Assembly: GCF_009834535.1 (NCBI RefSeq)
Contig: NC_045707.1
Coordinates: 56,112,001 to 56,176,000, forward strand
Direction of reading: 5' to 3'
From: Camelus ferus
Taxonomy: Eukaryota
Length of the DNA: 64,000 nucleotides
In this document: positions 1-14,116 of the stretch, in pieces
How the letters are laid out: every line of letters begins with the position of its first letter
Numbering within the stretch: position 1 is the first letter of the stretch
Notes under the pieces: generated by a model
Database searches by the model: none
What the model was told of the DNA's origin: nothing
Seen by the model: the letters and a program-made list of their open reading frames with translations, nothing else
Program-made: the position numbers and the translations under genes

Positions 1-480
1 TCTAAAATTTTGTGCTCAGGGCAAGTATCTCCACTTCCTCCTAGTCTCAGCCTGCAGTTTAGGATTCAATAAATATCTGTTGAATGAGGGACAGAAGGTG
101 CAAATTAACCTATGTTAATATTTCCTTGCCACCTGCAACAAATCCCAGGCTCTTTCAATATACTCCCTTGATAGCTCCATTTACGAGCACCCTTCTTTGT
201 CATGTACTTTATTTATATTACCTCTAATTCTCCTAAGAACACTTCCAGGTAAATATAACTCCTATTTTATGACTGAGGAAATGACTTTCTGACAGTGGCT
301 TGCTCACAACACAGGCCCTCAGTAAATAGTGGTTGGATAATAATGACAAAGCCAATAAGCAGAGACCTAAACTTTACCCCAAGTACATGTCCCTCCAGCT
401 CACCAATCGTCAACCCCATGCAGCCATTTTAAACTTCTCTAGTTGGATTTTGGTGTTCCTCTTCTATTTCCAGTAACAGA

Positions 481-856
481 TATGGGAGACAGAATACTAG
501 TATGACCCTCACGACCTCTGCCCCTTGGTGTCATTGCTGTGATCAGGGCAAAGGACTGATGATACAGGTTGGACTAATCTAATCAATGAACCCTTCAAAG
601 GCAAAGAGTTGTCTATGGTTGGTGACAGAAGGGGATGTCAGAGAGATCCCAAACACGAGGACTTGACACACCACTGCTGGCTTTGCAGAGCACTGCCCTC
701 AGCAAGGAGACGGGAACTTCAGACCTACAACCACAAGGACTGGACTCAGCCAACAACCTATCTTTCCCAGAACCTCCAGATAAAAGCCCAGCTGATTCCT
801 TGACTTCATCCTTGTTGGACTCTCCGCAGAGAACACAGCCAGGCCTGCTCAGACTT
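481..856 (+). mobile_element. ERVL-MaLR solo LTR (MLT1 family, degenerate)
   Basis: MLT1-type motifs: gaacttcagacctacaaccacaagga, cagccaacaacct, cccagaacctccagataaaagcccag, ccttgacttcatccttg. Confidence 0.75.
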
Positions 857-1471
857 ATAGTAATTATGCAGCAACATAAAACGTACATATCAACTCCAGC
901 ATAACTACCTCATAATATTACCAAGCATGACGATTACCCGTTCACCTGAGCTCCTTAGTATTAAGGCCTCGGGATGTGCCCACACACCCTGGTGTGACTT
1001 GCCCAAGGTCAGATACATTATGGGGGCACAATTGCTGCTGAAAAGATAAATAAATTCACACACTGGTTCTTCAATAAAATTTTAAGGTTTTGACAGTAAA
1101 GATGAGAAGGAAGCAACTTATGTCTAACTTACCTCAATTAGCATCTGTGGGCTAAACTTTGCCACTTCATATCCTGGTATGCAATTGAAGGAACACAGAT
1201 TTCATAGACCAGTTCCACTACGATGTAAACTTGGGCTATTTACTTGGTTAAACCTCAGCTTCATTTTATAGTCTGTAAAAAACTATGCAAGTTTAGATAT
1301 ATGCACAGTGCCCCCCACAAAGAAGACACATAAAATATCCCTAATGTCACCACGTTCTTATTTTTCTTCACTCCAATTGCCCTGCCTTCCAGCTTCTTCA
1401 TGGCCATCAGGCTAACACCCAATATCATAATCTCTGAAAAACCTTCCCTCATAACTGCTTCTACCTTCCCC

Positions 1472-2177
1472 TCATGCACTGTTGGTGAGAGTGTAAATTG
1501 GTACAGCCACTGTAAAAACAGAACCACCATATAATCCAGCAATCCCACTTCTGGGTATTTACCTGAAAAAAATAAAAACACTAATTCAAAAAGATACATG
1601 CACTCCTATGTTCACTGCAGCGCTATTTACAATAGCCAACCTAAGCATCCATTGACAGATGAATGAATAAAGAAGATGCCTTACACAAACACACACAGGA
1701 ATATTATTTAGCCATGAAAAAGAATGAAATCTTGCCATTTTTGACAACATGGATGGAACCAAAGGGTATTGTGCTAAGTGAAATAGGCTAGCTAGAGAAA
1801 GACAAATACTATATGATCTTACTTATACATATAATATAAAAAAAACCCAAAAAAACCAAACAAACAAAACAGTAAAATTCAGATACAGAGGGAAACGGGT
1901 GGTTACCAGAGGGGAGAGGAGGGTGTGGGAGGCAAAACAGGTGAAGGGGATTAAGAGGTATAAACATTCAGTTATAAAATACATAAGTCATGGGGATGTG
2001 AGATACCACACAAGGAATATGGTCAAGAATATTGTAATAACTTTGTATGGAGACAGATGGTTACTGGACTTGTGGTGATCATTTTGTAATGTATTTAAAT
2101 GTTGAATCAGTATGTTGTACAGCTGAAATTAATTTAATATTCTAAATGAACTTCAATTAAAAGGATTAAAAAAAAAG
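1472..2177 (+). mobile_element. LINE-1 fragment (ORF2 end + 3' UTR + A tail)
   Basis: Diagnostic L1 3' sequence: ccagcaatcccacttctgggtattt, aaagatacatgcactcctatgttcactgcagc, gaatgaaatcttgccattt, A-rich end. Confidence 0.9.
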
Positions 2178-2179
2178 AT

Positions 2180-2256
2180 AGACAAGGTCCTACTGTATAG
2201 CACAGGGAACTATATTCAATACCTTGTAAAAGCTTATAATGAAAAAAAGGGAAAAG

Positions 2257-2318
<62 letters not shown>

Positions 2319-2383
2319 GAATCACTTTGCTATACACCAGAAACTAACACATTTTAAACTGACTATACCTCAATTAAAAAAAA
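2180..2383 (+). mobile_element. LINE-1 3' terminus (cetartiodactyl type) with internal (AT)n
   Basis: caaggtcctactgtatagcacagggaactatattcaata ... gaatcactttgctatacaccagaaactaacaca ... actatacctcaattaaaaaa. Confidence 0.88.
2259..2313. repeat. (AT)27 microsatellite
   Basis: Perfect AT dinucleotide run. Confidence 0.97.
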
Positions 2384-2759
2384 TATTTTTAACTTCTATT
2401 TCCTAAGAGAGGTATATTCAAAGGCATGTCACAAAAAGAAAAACATAAGAAGGAAAACTAATCACTTAGACTGACTGCCCATAATTAGTTCTTAGAATGT
2501 AAATCCACACAACAAAGAAAGGAAAACTCAAACCACTGAATTAGCTGCTTAATGTTGACTTCCATCCATAACCCTAAATTCTGTACAAAGAGGGAGCTGG
2601 CACACACACTGTGTATTTAGTCACCTTTTAATCTCAAACACTTATAGTGACACCTTGTAATGTAACAGGTACTCAGTACATGTTTTATTTTAAATGTGTG
2701 TAATCTCATTTTTATATAATATTTAAAGATTACATTTATTTAAAAAGTCTTACTATATT

Positions 2760-3093
2760 ACAGTTATTAAAAAAAGATTGGCTATATTCCCTGTGTTGTA
2801 CAATACATCCTTGCAGCCCACTTTACATCCAATAGTTTGTACCTCCCACCCCCCACCTCTATGTTCCCACTCCCCTTCACTGGTAACTACTAGTTTGTTC
2901 TTTTATCTGTGAGTCTGCTTCTTTTTGGTTACACTCACTAGTTTTTTTTTATTTCTTGGATTCCACATATCAGTCATATCATTTAGTATTTGTCTTTCTG
3001 TCTGACTCATTTCACTCAGCACAATGACCTCCAGGTTCATCCATGTTGCTGCAAATGGCATTATTTCATTCTTTCTGATGGTTGAGTAGTATA

Positions 3094-3132
<39 letters not shown>

Positions 3133-3280
3133 TCTTCTTTATCCACTCATCTGTTGATGGATATTTACATTACTTCCATATCTTGGCAATTATAAATAAT
3201 GCCGTCATAAACATTGGGGTGCATGTATCTTTCTGAATTAGTGTTTTTTTTTCAGATACATAGGAGCAGAATTGCTATTA
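2760..3280 (-). mobile_element. LINE-1 3' fragment, reverse orientation, with (CA)n at ~3093-3128
   Basis: ttggctatattccctgtgttgtacaataca, catccatgttgctgcaaatggcattatttcattc; the minus ORF 2903-3133 contains the L1 remnant KNEIMPFAATWMNLEVIVLSEMSQ. Confidence 0.9.
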
Positions 3281-6200
3281 ATATGTTTATTGAATTGAAA
3301 TAGCACTAAAATCTGTGAAGACCTTTGGTATCCTTAAACACATAGCTACCCTCATAGCAATGAATTCACTATTTATAATTGTGCAGGCTTAAAATAAATG
3401 ATATTTTCTAATATTCACTCTTTCTCAACTGTCTTTCTGTTATTCACCTTGCTTTCTTAATTGCATTTATGTATACATAATGAGTAGGAAAAGTGCTTCA
3501 CCAACAGAAAGTATCTTGAAGAAAATAAAAAGATGCTCTGTAAGGAAAGTTAAAACTATAAAATTTTTGAAAGATTTCTTATATATTAGTCAAAGCCTTT
3601 AATTGCTATAATTATGTAAATACAGCCCACTAACATCTCACAATGATGCTGGTATTAGTATTCATGCTTTGAAAATTCCTTTACAAGGTCCTCTTAGGGC
3701 AATTAACCCAATTTGGACAGCACCCAAGAGGAATCTGTTTTATCATACCCTAAGCTCCAGCTTAGAGGTAGGTGTTGGCATATTTCAAATCAGAACTATA
3801 AAATTACTTAATTGTGAGATCTACAGAAATACAGACAAACCATGCTTCCACACAGCTAGAAACCTAAATTAGCCTCATCTGTCTGTGTATAACTACCATG
3901 TTCAATTGTTCACTGAGTCTTTAAGATCATGAGAAGCAAAATGCAAAGAGGTGAGGACTGTCCTTCAATGAAATAGAAGCCAGAATAAAATTTTTTTAAA
4001 GCTCCACTGAGATATCTACTCTGAAAAAATCTGTATACAAATCGATCATAAAGCATGATACAGAATTTTAAACTTCCAGAACCAGCATTACACAGCCGGA
4101 GTCAACTTGAAATTGCCTTTGGTAAAGAAGTCTGAATAATTTTTCAACTACATTAAAAAAAATCCTGAAATTTAACACCAGCAAAACACTGTAGCAATTT
4201 TTCACTTCCAAAACTACCAACCACAATGGCCACCAACTGAATTTCCATCACTCTTCCACCTCAACCTTTTCTAAGCATTACCTTCCAGTTGACACAAAAG
4301 TGAGAGGGAAAGGGGACGAGGCACTGAACAAGGAGAAAGAGAAGCTCTCGTGCCTTACAAATTAGGTAAACTTCCTATTAATCAGGAAGAATTGGCTCTG
4401 TGTTGTTTTTGCATACATTAGCATGATCCAAGAACTAAAGCTGAGTCATTTCTAACACACACTATTCCTTATAAAATAGAACCTTGCCAGCTAAACACTG
4501 GGTTTACTAGTTCCTGAATACACAGCAGTCTGATTGCAGTATGCACACATAACCTAAACTGTACGGCCAAGACATCACTTTTGCTAAATCCCCCATTTGT
4601 TCTTTTTCTTGACTTTGCCAAAAATAAAGCCTATTATCGTCAAAGCTTGAGACTTTCAACAAATTGATAAGTAAACACGTTAACATCCATATCAAGTATT
4701 TAAATAGAGGCTTCCGAGGCCTACAGCTTTGTTAAGAGCAAACAGCTCTAAATTTTTAGCCAAAACTCCCCACTGTTCTAAAATGTGTCTATGGCCTACT
4801 AAACACTTCTCACAAATTATGTCCTGACAGCATGTTATTTCTCCTTACTGAAAATATTGCTGTGCTCACTAACATATAATTTTCCCTCTTTAAAAGATGA
4901 GGGAAAAAACCCCATACTCTTACATGCCAAGTCTCACCACCACACGGCCAGACACTCTGGAGCCCCACGTTGGCAACCTCCAAAGTCACATTCACTCTGT
5001 TCGGCGATAAGCCCGTGAGGTTGCCCGACACAATCTTCTGGGCTCCATGTTACACAGCAGATTTAAGCAGTGACAATTATCAAGTACTGTGCTTTTCAAA
5101 CGCTGAAACAATGCACATTTGTAAAGGTAGCAGCCAATATTCAATAGGTGTTTTTCATTTGTTGAATATATAAAACCTGGTAACACTGCAACTTGATTCT
5201 CAATTCGCCAACTGTAATTACAAACACGTGTGCACCTTTCAGAGCTACAGATGCACTTAAAATAATTACCTCATTGAGGATATCTGCTTCTCCACAAGGT
5301 ACTAGAAATAGTTGCATCGCCACTCGGAATGCAATAGTTTTCCATGCGCAAACATATTAATCAGAACAATTTATATGCTAGGAAAGGCAATATAGGTATC
5401 TGTATGCCACACTTCATTTTACTTCCCTAGAAAATTTTATCCCACAGTTTCCAAGTAGATCTTGTTTTGCAAGTGTGTCCAGTGGGATGCTAAAGGAGAA
5501 GATGGCTATAATAATGTAAAGGGCACTGATGGATGGTGAGAGCTTCCTTTTCAGGATAGCTTCATTAAGTTTATCTTCTCATTCCGTTGACTCTGATTCG
5601 GAGACACTTAACCAAGCTCCCTCTTAATGCCTTCACTGGAGAATACTTATGTAATACACAACTGTACAAAACAATATGCTAAGGCTGTTCATCTCCACAG
5701 TGGACATGAGTTGGAAAGAACGGGCAAGAGTTAAGAGCATTAATGGGAGACCCGAAGATCTATCAACACTGTGTAAAACGGACAGAGCTGTGGACTGGGT
5801 ACCTACCACCGCTTCTTTCCGAGAGCACACCACTGATAAGTGGCCCTGGGGCCACCCTCCTGTAATCCCAATACACAGATACTTATCCAGGAGAAGACTC
5901 AGAGATGAAAGTGGTTGTCTGGGGGAAACACAAGTCTAAGACAGGGAGTGGGGTGAGGCAGCGTCTGTTTTTCATTAAAAGTCTGACAGTCTCTTTGACT
6001 TTGCAAACAAGAAGGATTACTTTACTACAAATAAACTTCTTATAAAAATTAAGAAAGTTAAACAATCTCAAAACCAGTTTTAAGTAATAATGTTCCTACT
6101 TGATAACAGACTCTGGGGGTACACAAAGTAAAAAAATAGACCAGGCCCTTCGTCTCTATTACCTAAGTTCTCACAGCCAGAGGGCCAGAACAGAACCAGG

Positions 6201-7044
6201 CACTCGGGCCAGGTAAGTGATACCAGGGGCCGGGAGGGGACGACAGGGCCTGGTATTTCCAGCTACTCCCACGTGTGTCCAGATGCTGGGGACACACTAC
6301 CAGGAGTCAACAGGAAAACAGATCCTTAATTGTGGCTTTGCCACTATGTGAGGTATTTTATTTACCTCCTTGATTTAGGTTCTCAGAACTCTGCCTCAAG
6401 GGTAAAAAGGAGACACCGAAATAAAAGACATCAAAGTGCTTAACAGCTATTCAGCAATTTAATATTCTGCCATTTTGTTTTCTTTCGTCTTTTCCTTTTC
6501 TTCCCCCCTACTCGTGTGCTTTAAAGCGGAGCTGTGTTGTGGAATAACCTTCCCCCCCACCCCTCAGGTTTCTGAGTAAAGGCTTGAATTAAAAAAAATA
6601 AAGTTATATATCCTGTGTGTCGGGCATCTCTGGAGAAGATTCATTCACACCAATCAATGAGAATCAGACTGAACATCTAAGGCCCAACAAGCAGAACCAT
6701 GCAAATGGTTTTGAATAATTAGTATAGTTTAATCTCAGTAGAAGAAATAAATCAATACATACAAGGAAAAGGATTAGAAGAAAATACAACAAAAGGTTTA
6801 CACTGATTATAAGCTTGAGGTGGTAGAATTACAGTTTAATTCATCTTTTTTTCTATTTTTTATCATGAGCACTATGATTGGGGGGAAATAAACATTACCA
6901 GTTATTTTTTAAATTATTTTAAGAAAGCCAATACAAAAGATCAAAATTAGAAGGCAAACAATAAAACGCCAGAGTTCCCTTATTTAACAAGTCACAACTG
7001 TGTATCAGTGAAGAAAAGGGGCTTTCCTAAGGATATAGAGCAAT

Positions 7045-7275
7045 TGAAAGGCAGAGTGATACTGGTTAAAAGTATACTATTTGAGCTCAAATCCTGCCTT
7101 TGCCACTTTCTAGCTATGTGACTTTGGGAAAATTGTATTACACCTGCGGGCTTCAGTTTCCTTATCAATCGGTAAGATACAGGTAACAACAGGACCCTCC
7201 TGCCAGGGTCATTAGGAAGCCTACGCAGAGTGCCCAGGGAATGCCTGGCTCATACGAAAAACTCAGAGAATATTT
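7045..7275 (+). mobile_element. MIR SINE
   Basis: MIR core: tcaaatcctgcctttgccactttctagctatgtgactttggg ... cttcagtttccttatc. Confidence 0.75.
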
Positions 7276-7514
7276 TCTTCGCTAGGAAAAAGAATCATCA
7301 GTGTCTTCATCATCATCTGGTAGGTATATCCTCACACCTACTGTTTGGTCATCTTGGTTTTCCCTGTATTTTGAATCTCAGTCTGTGAGCATTATTAACA
7401 GTTGGGAACCACTTTCAGGCAAGAGTAACAATTTTTCTTGATATAACATCTAAGTATTAATGGGAAAAAAAAGTGTGAACTACTCATCACCAAAATACAA
7501 TCCATAAATCATAA

Positions 7515-7580
7515 ATTCTGCACTCCAGAAATTAACACAACATTGTAAGTAGACTATACTTCAATTTTAAAAATTTTAAT
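7515..7580 (+). mobile_element. Extremely 5'-truncated L1 3' tip with 12-bp target-site duplication
   Basis: ctgcactccagaaattaacacaacattgtaagtagactatacttcaatt is an L1 terminus; flanked by cataaatcataa at 7503-7514 and 7581-7592. Confidence 0.8.
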
Positions 7581-9167
7581 CATAAATCATAATTTCAATT
7601 TCCTAAAGCAATCTGTTCAAAGGAAAATTAATATTCAGAACAAATAAATTCGCACTTAACAAAAACACCTCCAGGTATTAGGAAGCTGACAGAAAATAAA
7701 AAAGGCTAGAAAAGTGACTGTAACAAAGAAAACTGACTTTGAATACACAGATTAGCAAGATCTTTTGGAAAAATAATCTCCTCTCACCCCACTTTCAAAT
7801 CTGGATGTATTCCAAAAAATATTTTCTACTGATGGTTTAAAAAAGAGAGACATTTTATTAATTTTTTTTTTTTAAGGAAAGGGCCTCTAGGTCTAAATCT
7901 AGTTTATAATTTCTCCTCCTGCTCTCCCTCTATGACTAGAAAAGAACATTCTGAAATTTTGGATAATTAACAGGAAGGGCTCTCAAAAGTTTCAGGCAAT
8001 TAGCTTATAAGTACCTTTGCCTTTCCAGATGCTCTATGGTTTACACGTAACATCTCCTCAACGCTAAGAGCAGAGAGGTGTTTATTGTACAAGCATGAAC
8101 TTCGTTAAAATTAAAGGTCATGAAGTCACTCAATATTTGTCCTAGGGAAGTATAAATGGATACTGCGATCTACAAGAAACAAAATAGGAGGCAATAATGT
8201 CTCTCAATACTGGCCATTCTCAGAGAGTCAAACCAGTCTATTGCTCTAAGACTTATGATAGAATATAAGTCTGACAATTGATTATCAGTCTCTTTCCAAG
8301 TCTCCATCCAACAATTTTATTTCCTTCAAATCTAACAAGTAGGATAATTATGTCCCTCCTCCTTAAGACTGACCGATGAGAGGCTTTGACTCAATAGGCA
8401 ATCTCCCTTCATTCCTCATCAAGGTCATGACAGATTCTTAATGCACATCATGGCACTTTCATCTAAGCCTCCAAAACTAATAAATTTTTATTTCTGAATT
8501 TCTGGTCTGGCATGTACATCTCAATGCCCTGTGTTCAAAGCTGAGCATGTCAGAAGGAAACTGGACAAGAGTTTCCTTCCCTGGGGCCATTAATCTATAT
8601 CACCACTAATTCTTACAACAAATTGTGAGAATAATTCTTATAAAAAATCCAGAAGTTCCTTTGTTTTACTGATGAGGAAATCAGACCTCAGAAAATTAAG
8701 TGACATACCCAGCGCTACATGTGATAAGGGCTGGCACGCAAGTGGTTACTTAGCAAGAAAGCCTACTCTGCTTTTCAGCACGCTGAGCAGGCTAGGTGTG
8801 TTCTCAGAAGTCCAAGCATGCTTTGTAATGTACTCTAGGCTAAGCTTTGGTTTGGTAATGCAGAAAAGGACGGATTAGATCTCATCTCCCAGAAGGCCTT
8901 GCACAAACACAGCTAAGAGGGAGCAGAAAACTGCAGGAGGGGCAGTTCCAACTGAAACAAATGGAAACTTCCAGCCTCTGGTTTTCCCCTCACAAGCAGA
9001 ATCCCTGCTTCTGAGTAGATTAACTGTACCAGCTACTCTCAGCCTCAAACCCCTTCCTGCATCAAATTGTAAGACTTGAGGTCTAATAATTAGTATAGTT
9101 ACAAACTTCTCTTCAGTTCTATGGCTGTGTTCCTCTTTCACATCAAATGATGAACAACTGAATCCTA

Positions 9168-9260
9168 ATTCATTCATTCAGTATGTACGTAATGAGTGCC
9201 TATTATGTGTCAGATTCTGTGTTAGATTCTATGAAGATGCAATGAACAAACTCTAGCAAT
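9168..9260 (-). mobile_element. LINE-2 3' end fragment
   Basis: attcattcattca ... gagtgcctattatgtgtcaga ... atgaacaaa, the reverse of an L2 tail. Confidence 0.65.
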
Positions 9261-11109
9261 GAAAAACGTACAGCCTTACAGATGAGTTAAAAGCATGCTT
9301 CAATTTAAATGATTAGAACCAGAAGCAGAAAGTGAAGGTTGCTTGTCAAAATCTGTTTTGTTTCTTAGGATGGATTTTATTTATAAAATGAGGCTATCAA
9401 GAACTTCTGGACTTGTTATAAGAATTAATTATTCTCAAAATTTATTATAAGAATTAGTGGGCACTCAATGAAATCAGGAGCGAGAAAGCACTAGAAGAGA
9501 ATTTTTTTTAATGCCACTGAAGTTAATTTTCCTGGAAATTATCTCTACCCCACAGCTTGGTAAATCACACATTTCTGAAGCGGCAACATTATAGGAGGTC
9601 TCACACTAGTATTTAAATCATTCTTTTATAAACAATCTTTAGGGGAAGAAAAAAAGCATGTAAGAAGTTTGTTTCCATGTGAGAATACTACTTAAATCCA
9701 GGTCCTTTGATTTTTCTTTTTAAGTCAAATACTGATGCATAATTCATTAGGAGAGTTTTTACAATGGCAGGAGTGAGAGACCTAGTGAACAATCTGCAAA
9801 ATATATAAAAGAAAAAAAACCTCACAGTTCTTCCAGCAGCAATCCAGCCAAAGGGAAAACAGCCACAAAATGTCTGAGAAAAAGCCCTGATGACATCAGA
9901 GGACCCAGATGCTAATCCTCGCTCTCTCAATAATCAGATAACAAATCTGGGGAGGTCATTACCATCTGGAGACTTCAACTTCTTCATCTCCCAAGTGAGG
10001 ATAGAACTGCGTGTCCTTTTTATAACCAGTTCTCCTGAGGAGTCAAACACAATACTGGATGGGAAAGCACTTTGAAAAAATATTATATCCTACTAAAATG
10101 GTCACACATGTCATCACAGTAAGCTTAGAAATTTAGTCAGAGCAAGGCATTGACTCTTCCATAAATGTTTAAATAGCTCGCATATTTTAATCTCTATTTC
10201 TGTCTTCTCTCACCAAAATTAACTTGGAATTTTTTTCAAGGAGTTTGTTAAAATCAATCAGTTGTCCTCTTCACTATTTTTAAAAATTACCTCATAGTCA
10301 ATTGCTGGATGCAAAGAGTCTTTTTTAGACAATGGGGTCATTTCATAATTGTAGACATAGTCCCTGCTCGATAGAAAACTATAATGAAGAAGTCTTATTT
10401 CTTTGGGGTTTTTTTTAAATGTTAATACTGAAAGTACACAAAACAGAATTTGTGTAATTCAGAAAAGAAAAAAAATTTTTAAATACAATATAAGCTATTA
10501 TGAGAGCAAAAGCAAGTAGAAATCTTATTTTTCCCCCTACTTTCCCTGTTCCTTTGTCAAAATACCCATGTTCTCTGGCCCAGATGGAAAACTGAACAAG
10601 CATGAGTTTCTCCCATCACTGAGTGGCAGACACCAGTGAATCTACCACAGATGCCACTCCCAGAAAGCCTACGAAACAAGGAAGTAAAACGCTCTTCTGA
10701 TGAGTAACTTTTATTTACCAGAAATTGAAGGGGGGAGGAGGGATTTTAGCTATTTTACTGGAAGGTACACAGATTAAACCCAATGATTTGCGTGTCCTTT
10801 CAAATTAACTCCATTTAGAAAACCTCTCATTAAATGTAATCTAATTTAAATGCGTATCGGAACCACTTATATTTGTAACTCCTCTCTTGATGAGCAATTA
10901 GTTCTATTCTTGCTTTCTTTCCTGATCTACTTACAGCGAAAAGACAGCTGAGGTGAGAAACATTTATTAAATTAACTATTCTGAAAGCTGAGCTTTCAAG
11001 ATCCAAATAAATCTTTCTCCTCCTCCAACCCCTACTTAGCCATTAGGAGTTGGACAAGACAAATAAGACAAAAATTAGGTTTTTGCTCTATTCACAAGTC
11101 ATAATTGAA

Positions 11110-12595
11110 TGACAAAGAGACACATGAAAAAGATGCTCAATAGCACTAGTCATCAAGAAAATGTAAGTCAAAACCACACGATAACCATTTCACAACCCCC
11201 AGGATGACAAGAATGAAACAGACAGATAGTAACAAGTGTTGATGAGGGTGTGGGGAAAATGGAACACTCATAGACTGCTAGTGGGAATGTAAAATAGTGC
11301 GGCCACTTAGGAAAACAATATGGCAGTTCCTCAACTGGTTAAACATAGAATTAGTGTTTTACCAGCCACTCCACTCCTGGGAATACACCCAAAAGAACTG
11401 AAAATAGATATTCAAACAATAACCTATAAAGGATTGTATACAGCAGCACTATCTCTGATAAACAAAGGGTGGAAACAATCCAAATGTCCATCAATTGATG
11501 GATGGTTAAACACATCTGGTATATCCTTACAACGGAATTCATAGTGTGAAATATTAGTTGGCCATAAAAAGAATGAAGTACCAGTGCATACTACAACATG
11601 GGAAACCTTGAAAACATTCTGCTAAGTGAAAGAAGTCAGTCACAAAAGATAACATATTATATAACTTCCATTTATATGACTAGTCCAGAACTGGAAAATC
11701 TATGCAGAAAAGAAGATTAATGGATGCACACAACAGGGGGGATGAGGGTATGTATAGGGGGTGACAGCTAAAGGATGTGGAGTTCCTCTTTGAAGTTGTT
11801 AAGATGTTCTAATCATCTTAACAGATCTGTGACACCTACACAGATCTGTGAACATATTAAAAACCCACTTCTGGGTATATACCCAAGGAAAATAAAAGTA
11901 CGATCTCAAAGAGATATCTGCACTCCCATGCTCATTGTAGAATTATCCACAGAGGCCAAGATATGGAGACAACCCAACTGGCCTTCAAGATGAATCAATA
12001 AATACATATATGTATGTGTATGTACATATATATAATGAAATAATATTCAGCCATGAAAAAGAAGGAAATCTTGCCTTTGTGACAGCATGGATGGACTTTG
12101 AGAATACCATGTTAAGTGAAATAAGCTAGATGGAGAATGACAAATACTGTATGATCTTGCTTTTATACAGAATCTGAAAATAAGAACTTGAACCATAGAA
12201 ACAGACATTAGAACAATGGCCACCAGGGACTGAGGGAGTGGGGAAAATGAGGAGATGTTGGTCCAAGGGTACAAAGTTGCAGTTACATAAATAAGTATAG
12301 ATATCAAACGCACAAGCATGATGACTATGCTTAAAGCTCAACACTGGAAAAATGCTAAGAGAATATATTTCAAATGCACTCATCACACACAACAAAATGG
12401 TAACTATGTGAGGAGACATGTTAATGAACTTGACTATAGAGATCACTGTACTATGTATATGTATATCAAATCATCATCTTGTACCTTAAATATATACAAT
12501 TTTTACTAAAAACGTATAAATGAAATTACTGAATTGTATTATTTAAATGGGTGAATTGTATGGTATGTGAATTATATTTCAATAAAGCTATTAAG
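11110..12595 (+). mobile_element. Older L1 (L1MB-like) 3' portion, interrupted by a second L1 at ~11865-12520
   Basis: acacatgaaaagatgctcaa ... caaatgtccatcaattgatg ... tctgtgaacatattaaaaacc breaks off, then resumes at ~12525 with actgaattgta ... gggtgaattgtatggtatgtgaattatatttcaataaagc. Confidence 0.85.
11865..12520 (+). mobile_element. Nested L1 (L1MA-like) 3' fragment
   Basis: Second copy of cccacttctgggtatatacccaagg ... aaggaaatcttgcctttgtgacagcatggatggac ... gtaccttaaatatatacaattttt. Confidence 0.85.
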
Positions 12596-12759
12596 TCTCT
12601 CCCCCCCAAAAAAAAGAAAAAAGGACAAAAAAAAGTAGAAAGTCTGCAATTTTAGAGATTTGAGAAACTAATCATTGTACATCAAAACTGGAATCACTTT
12701 AATTGTAAATATTTCACTATAAAAGTCTTTTCAACAACAAAAACAGTAATAAAAACTAC

Positions 12760-12955
12760 CATTTATCTAGCAGGTGCTATTTGCCAGAAACTTTACACTC
12801 CTCATCTCAAACTTTCTTAACATTTGGACGTTATTATTTCCATTATGCAGTTAAATGAGTCTCAGAAAAGCATAACTTGTTGTGGTCACACAGTTGGGAA
12901 ACCAGTGGCACCAGAACATGTACCCAAGGTTACCTGACACCAGAGCTGTGCTTTC
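12760..12955 (-). mobile_element. MIR SINE
   Basis: ccatttatctagcaggtgctatttgccag ... gtctcagaaaag ... ggtcacacag. Confidence 0.6.
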
Positions 12956-14116
12956 TCCTCCATGATGACATCATGGTTAAAGAAGATAGAACCATCTTTT
13001 CTCTATCAGGCCCAAAGGAAACGACTACATGAGTAATTTAGGTATGAAGAAGGAAAACACATTCGCCCAGTGTTGTACCTGTATTACCCGATGTTTTCAC
13101 ACATTATTTACAGATATTTCCTGAGATTCTAATATCTGCAAACTTGGGAGGTGATTATTAAATCTTTTTGAGTACTTTATTCATTGTCAGTCTTCACTTA
13201 TGGATTTTGTTACTATATTTCATGATTCAGGCTTATTTTAAATATCATCTTTAAAAAGCCACAGCAATGTAGTTAAGATCCATATCCTAGCACTCAGTAA
13301 TACGAGTGTATGTGCTAACATAGCAAAGCGCTGCTTCCTATTTGCAACAACAGGATTAAGCCCTCCAGAATCCAGAAGGGATATGAATGTGCTATTTGCA
13401 GGTGTAAATCCTGGGTCTCTGCTTATTTGGATCCACAACTTCTATTTGGGTCTTAATACTTGCCCTGAACTTCCTATTTCCATCTTCCTATGAAAGGTTA
13501 CATCTCTAAAAACATAAAGTAAAACATGTCAAAAATAATGGTAAATAGATGGTACCCACTGAGCCACATGAAATTGCTGATCTGTGACCATTCTTGACAG
13601 ACAAAAGGACACTTCCCTATGATTCACCCTACACTTAAGAATTACACATTTCCTGAATTCAGTCTTAATATTCAGACTGTTGGCCAACTCTTGACCTCCA
13701 TGGTGTTCCAAGAGCTCCAGCACCAGAGTCCAAGGGACCAGGGTTCTAATCCAACATGGTCACTTAGGAGACTTGTGACCACGAATAAATGTCTCCCTGA
13801 GCCCCCATAGCTTCCTTTTCTGAAACCCAGGAATTAAAACTGCCTGGATTTATAGGTTGATTAATGGGATATACTGATCAAGTTCAGACTTCGCAGATTT
13901 AAAGCATTCCTACATGGCAGGAATATTAGTTTCCCTCCTGCTTTGCTTTGCAACCTCCACAATACTCTGCAACATGGAAGAGTAGAAGGTGCTTTTTTGG
14001 TTTTTAATTGGATTAGATGAAGTTTGAAGTCTAACTCCACAACAACCAGCTTTGGGTCCTTGGGGATGCTGCCTAACAGTGTTCCTTAAACTGTCTCATC
14101 TATAAAACTGGTAATG

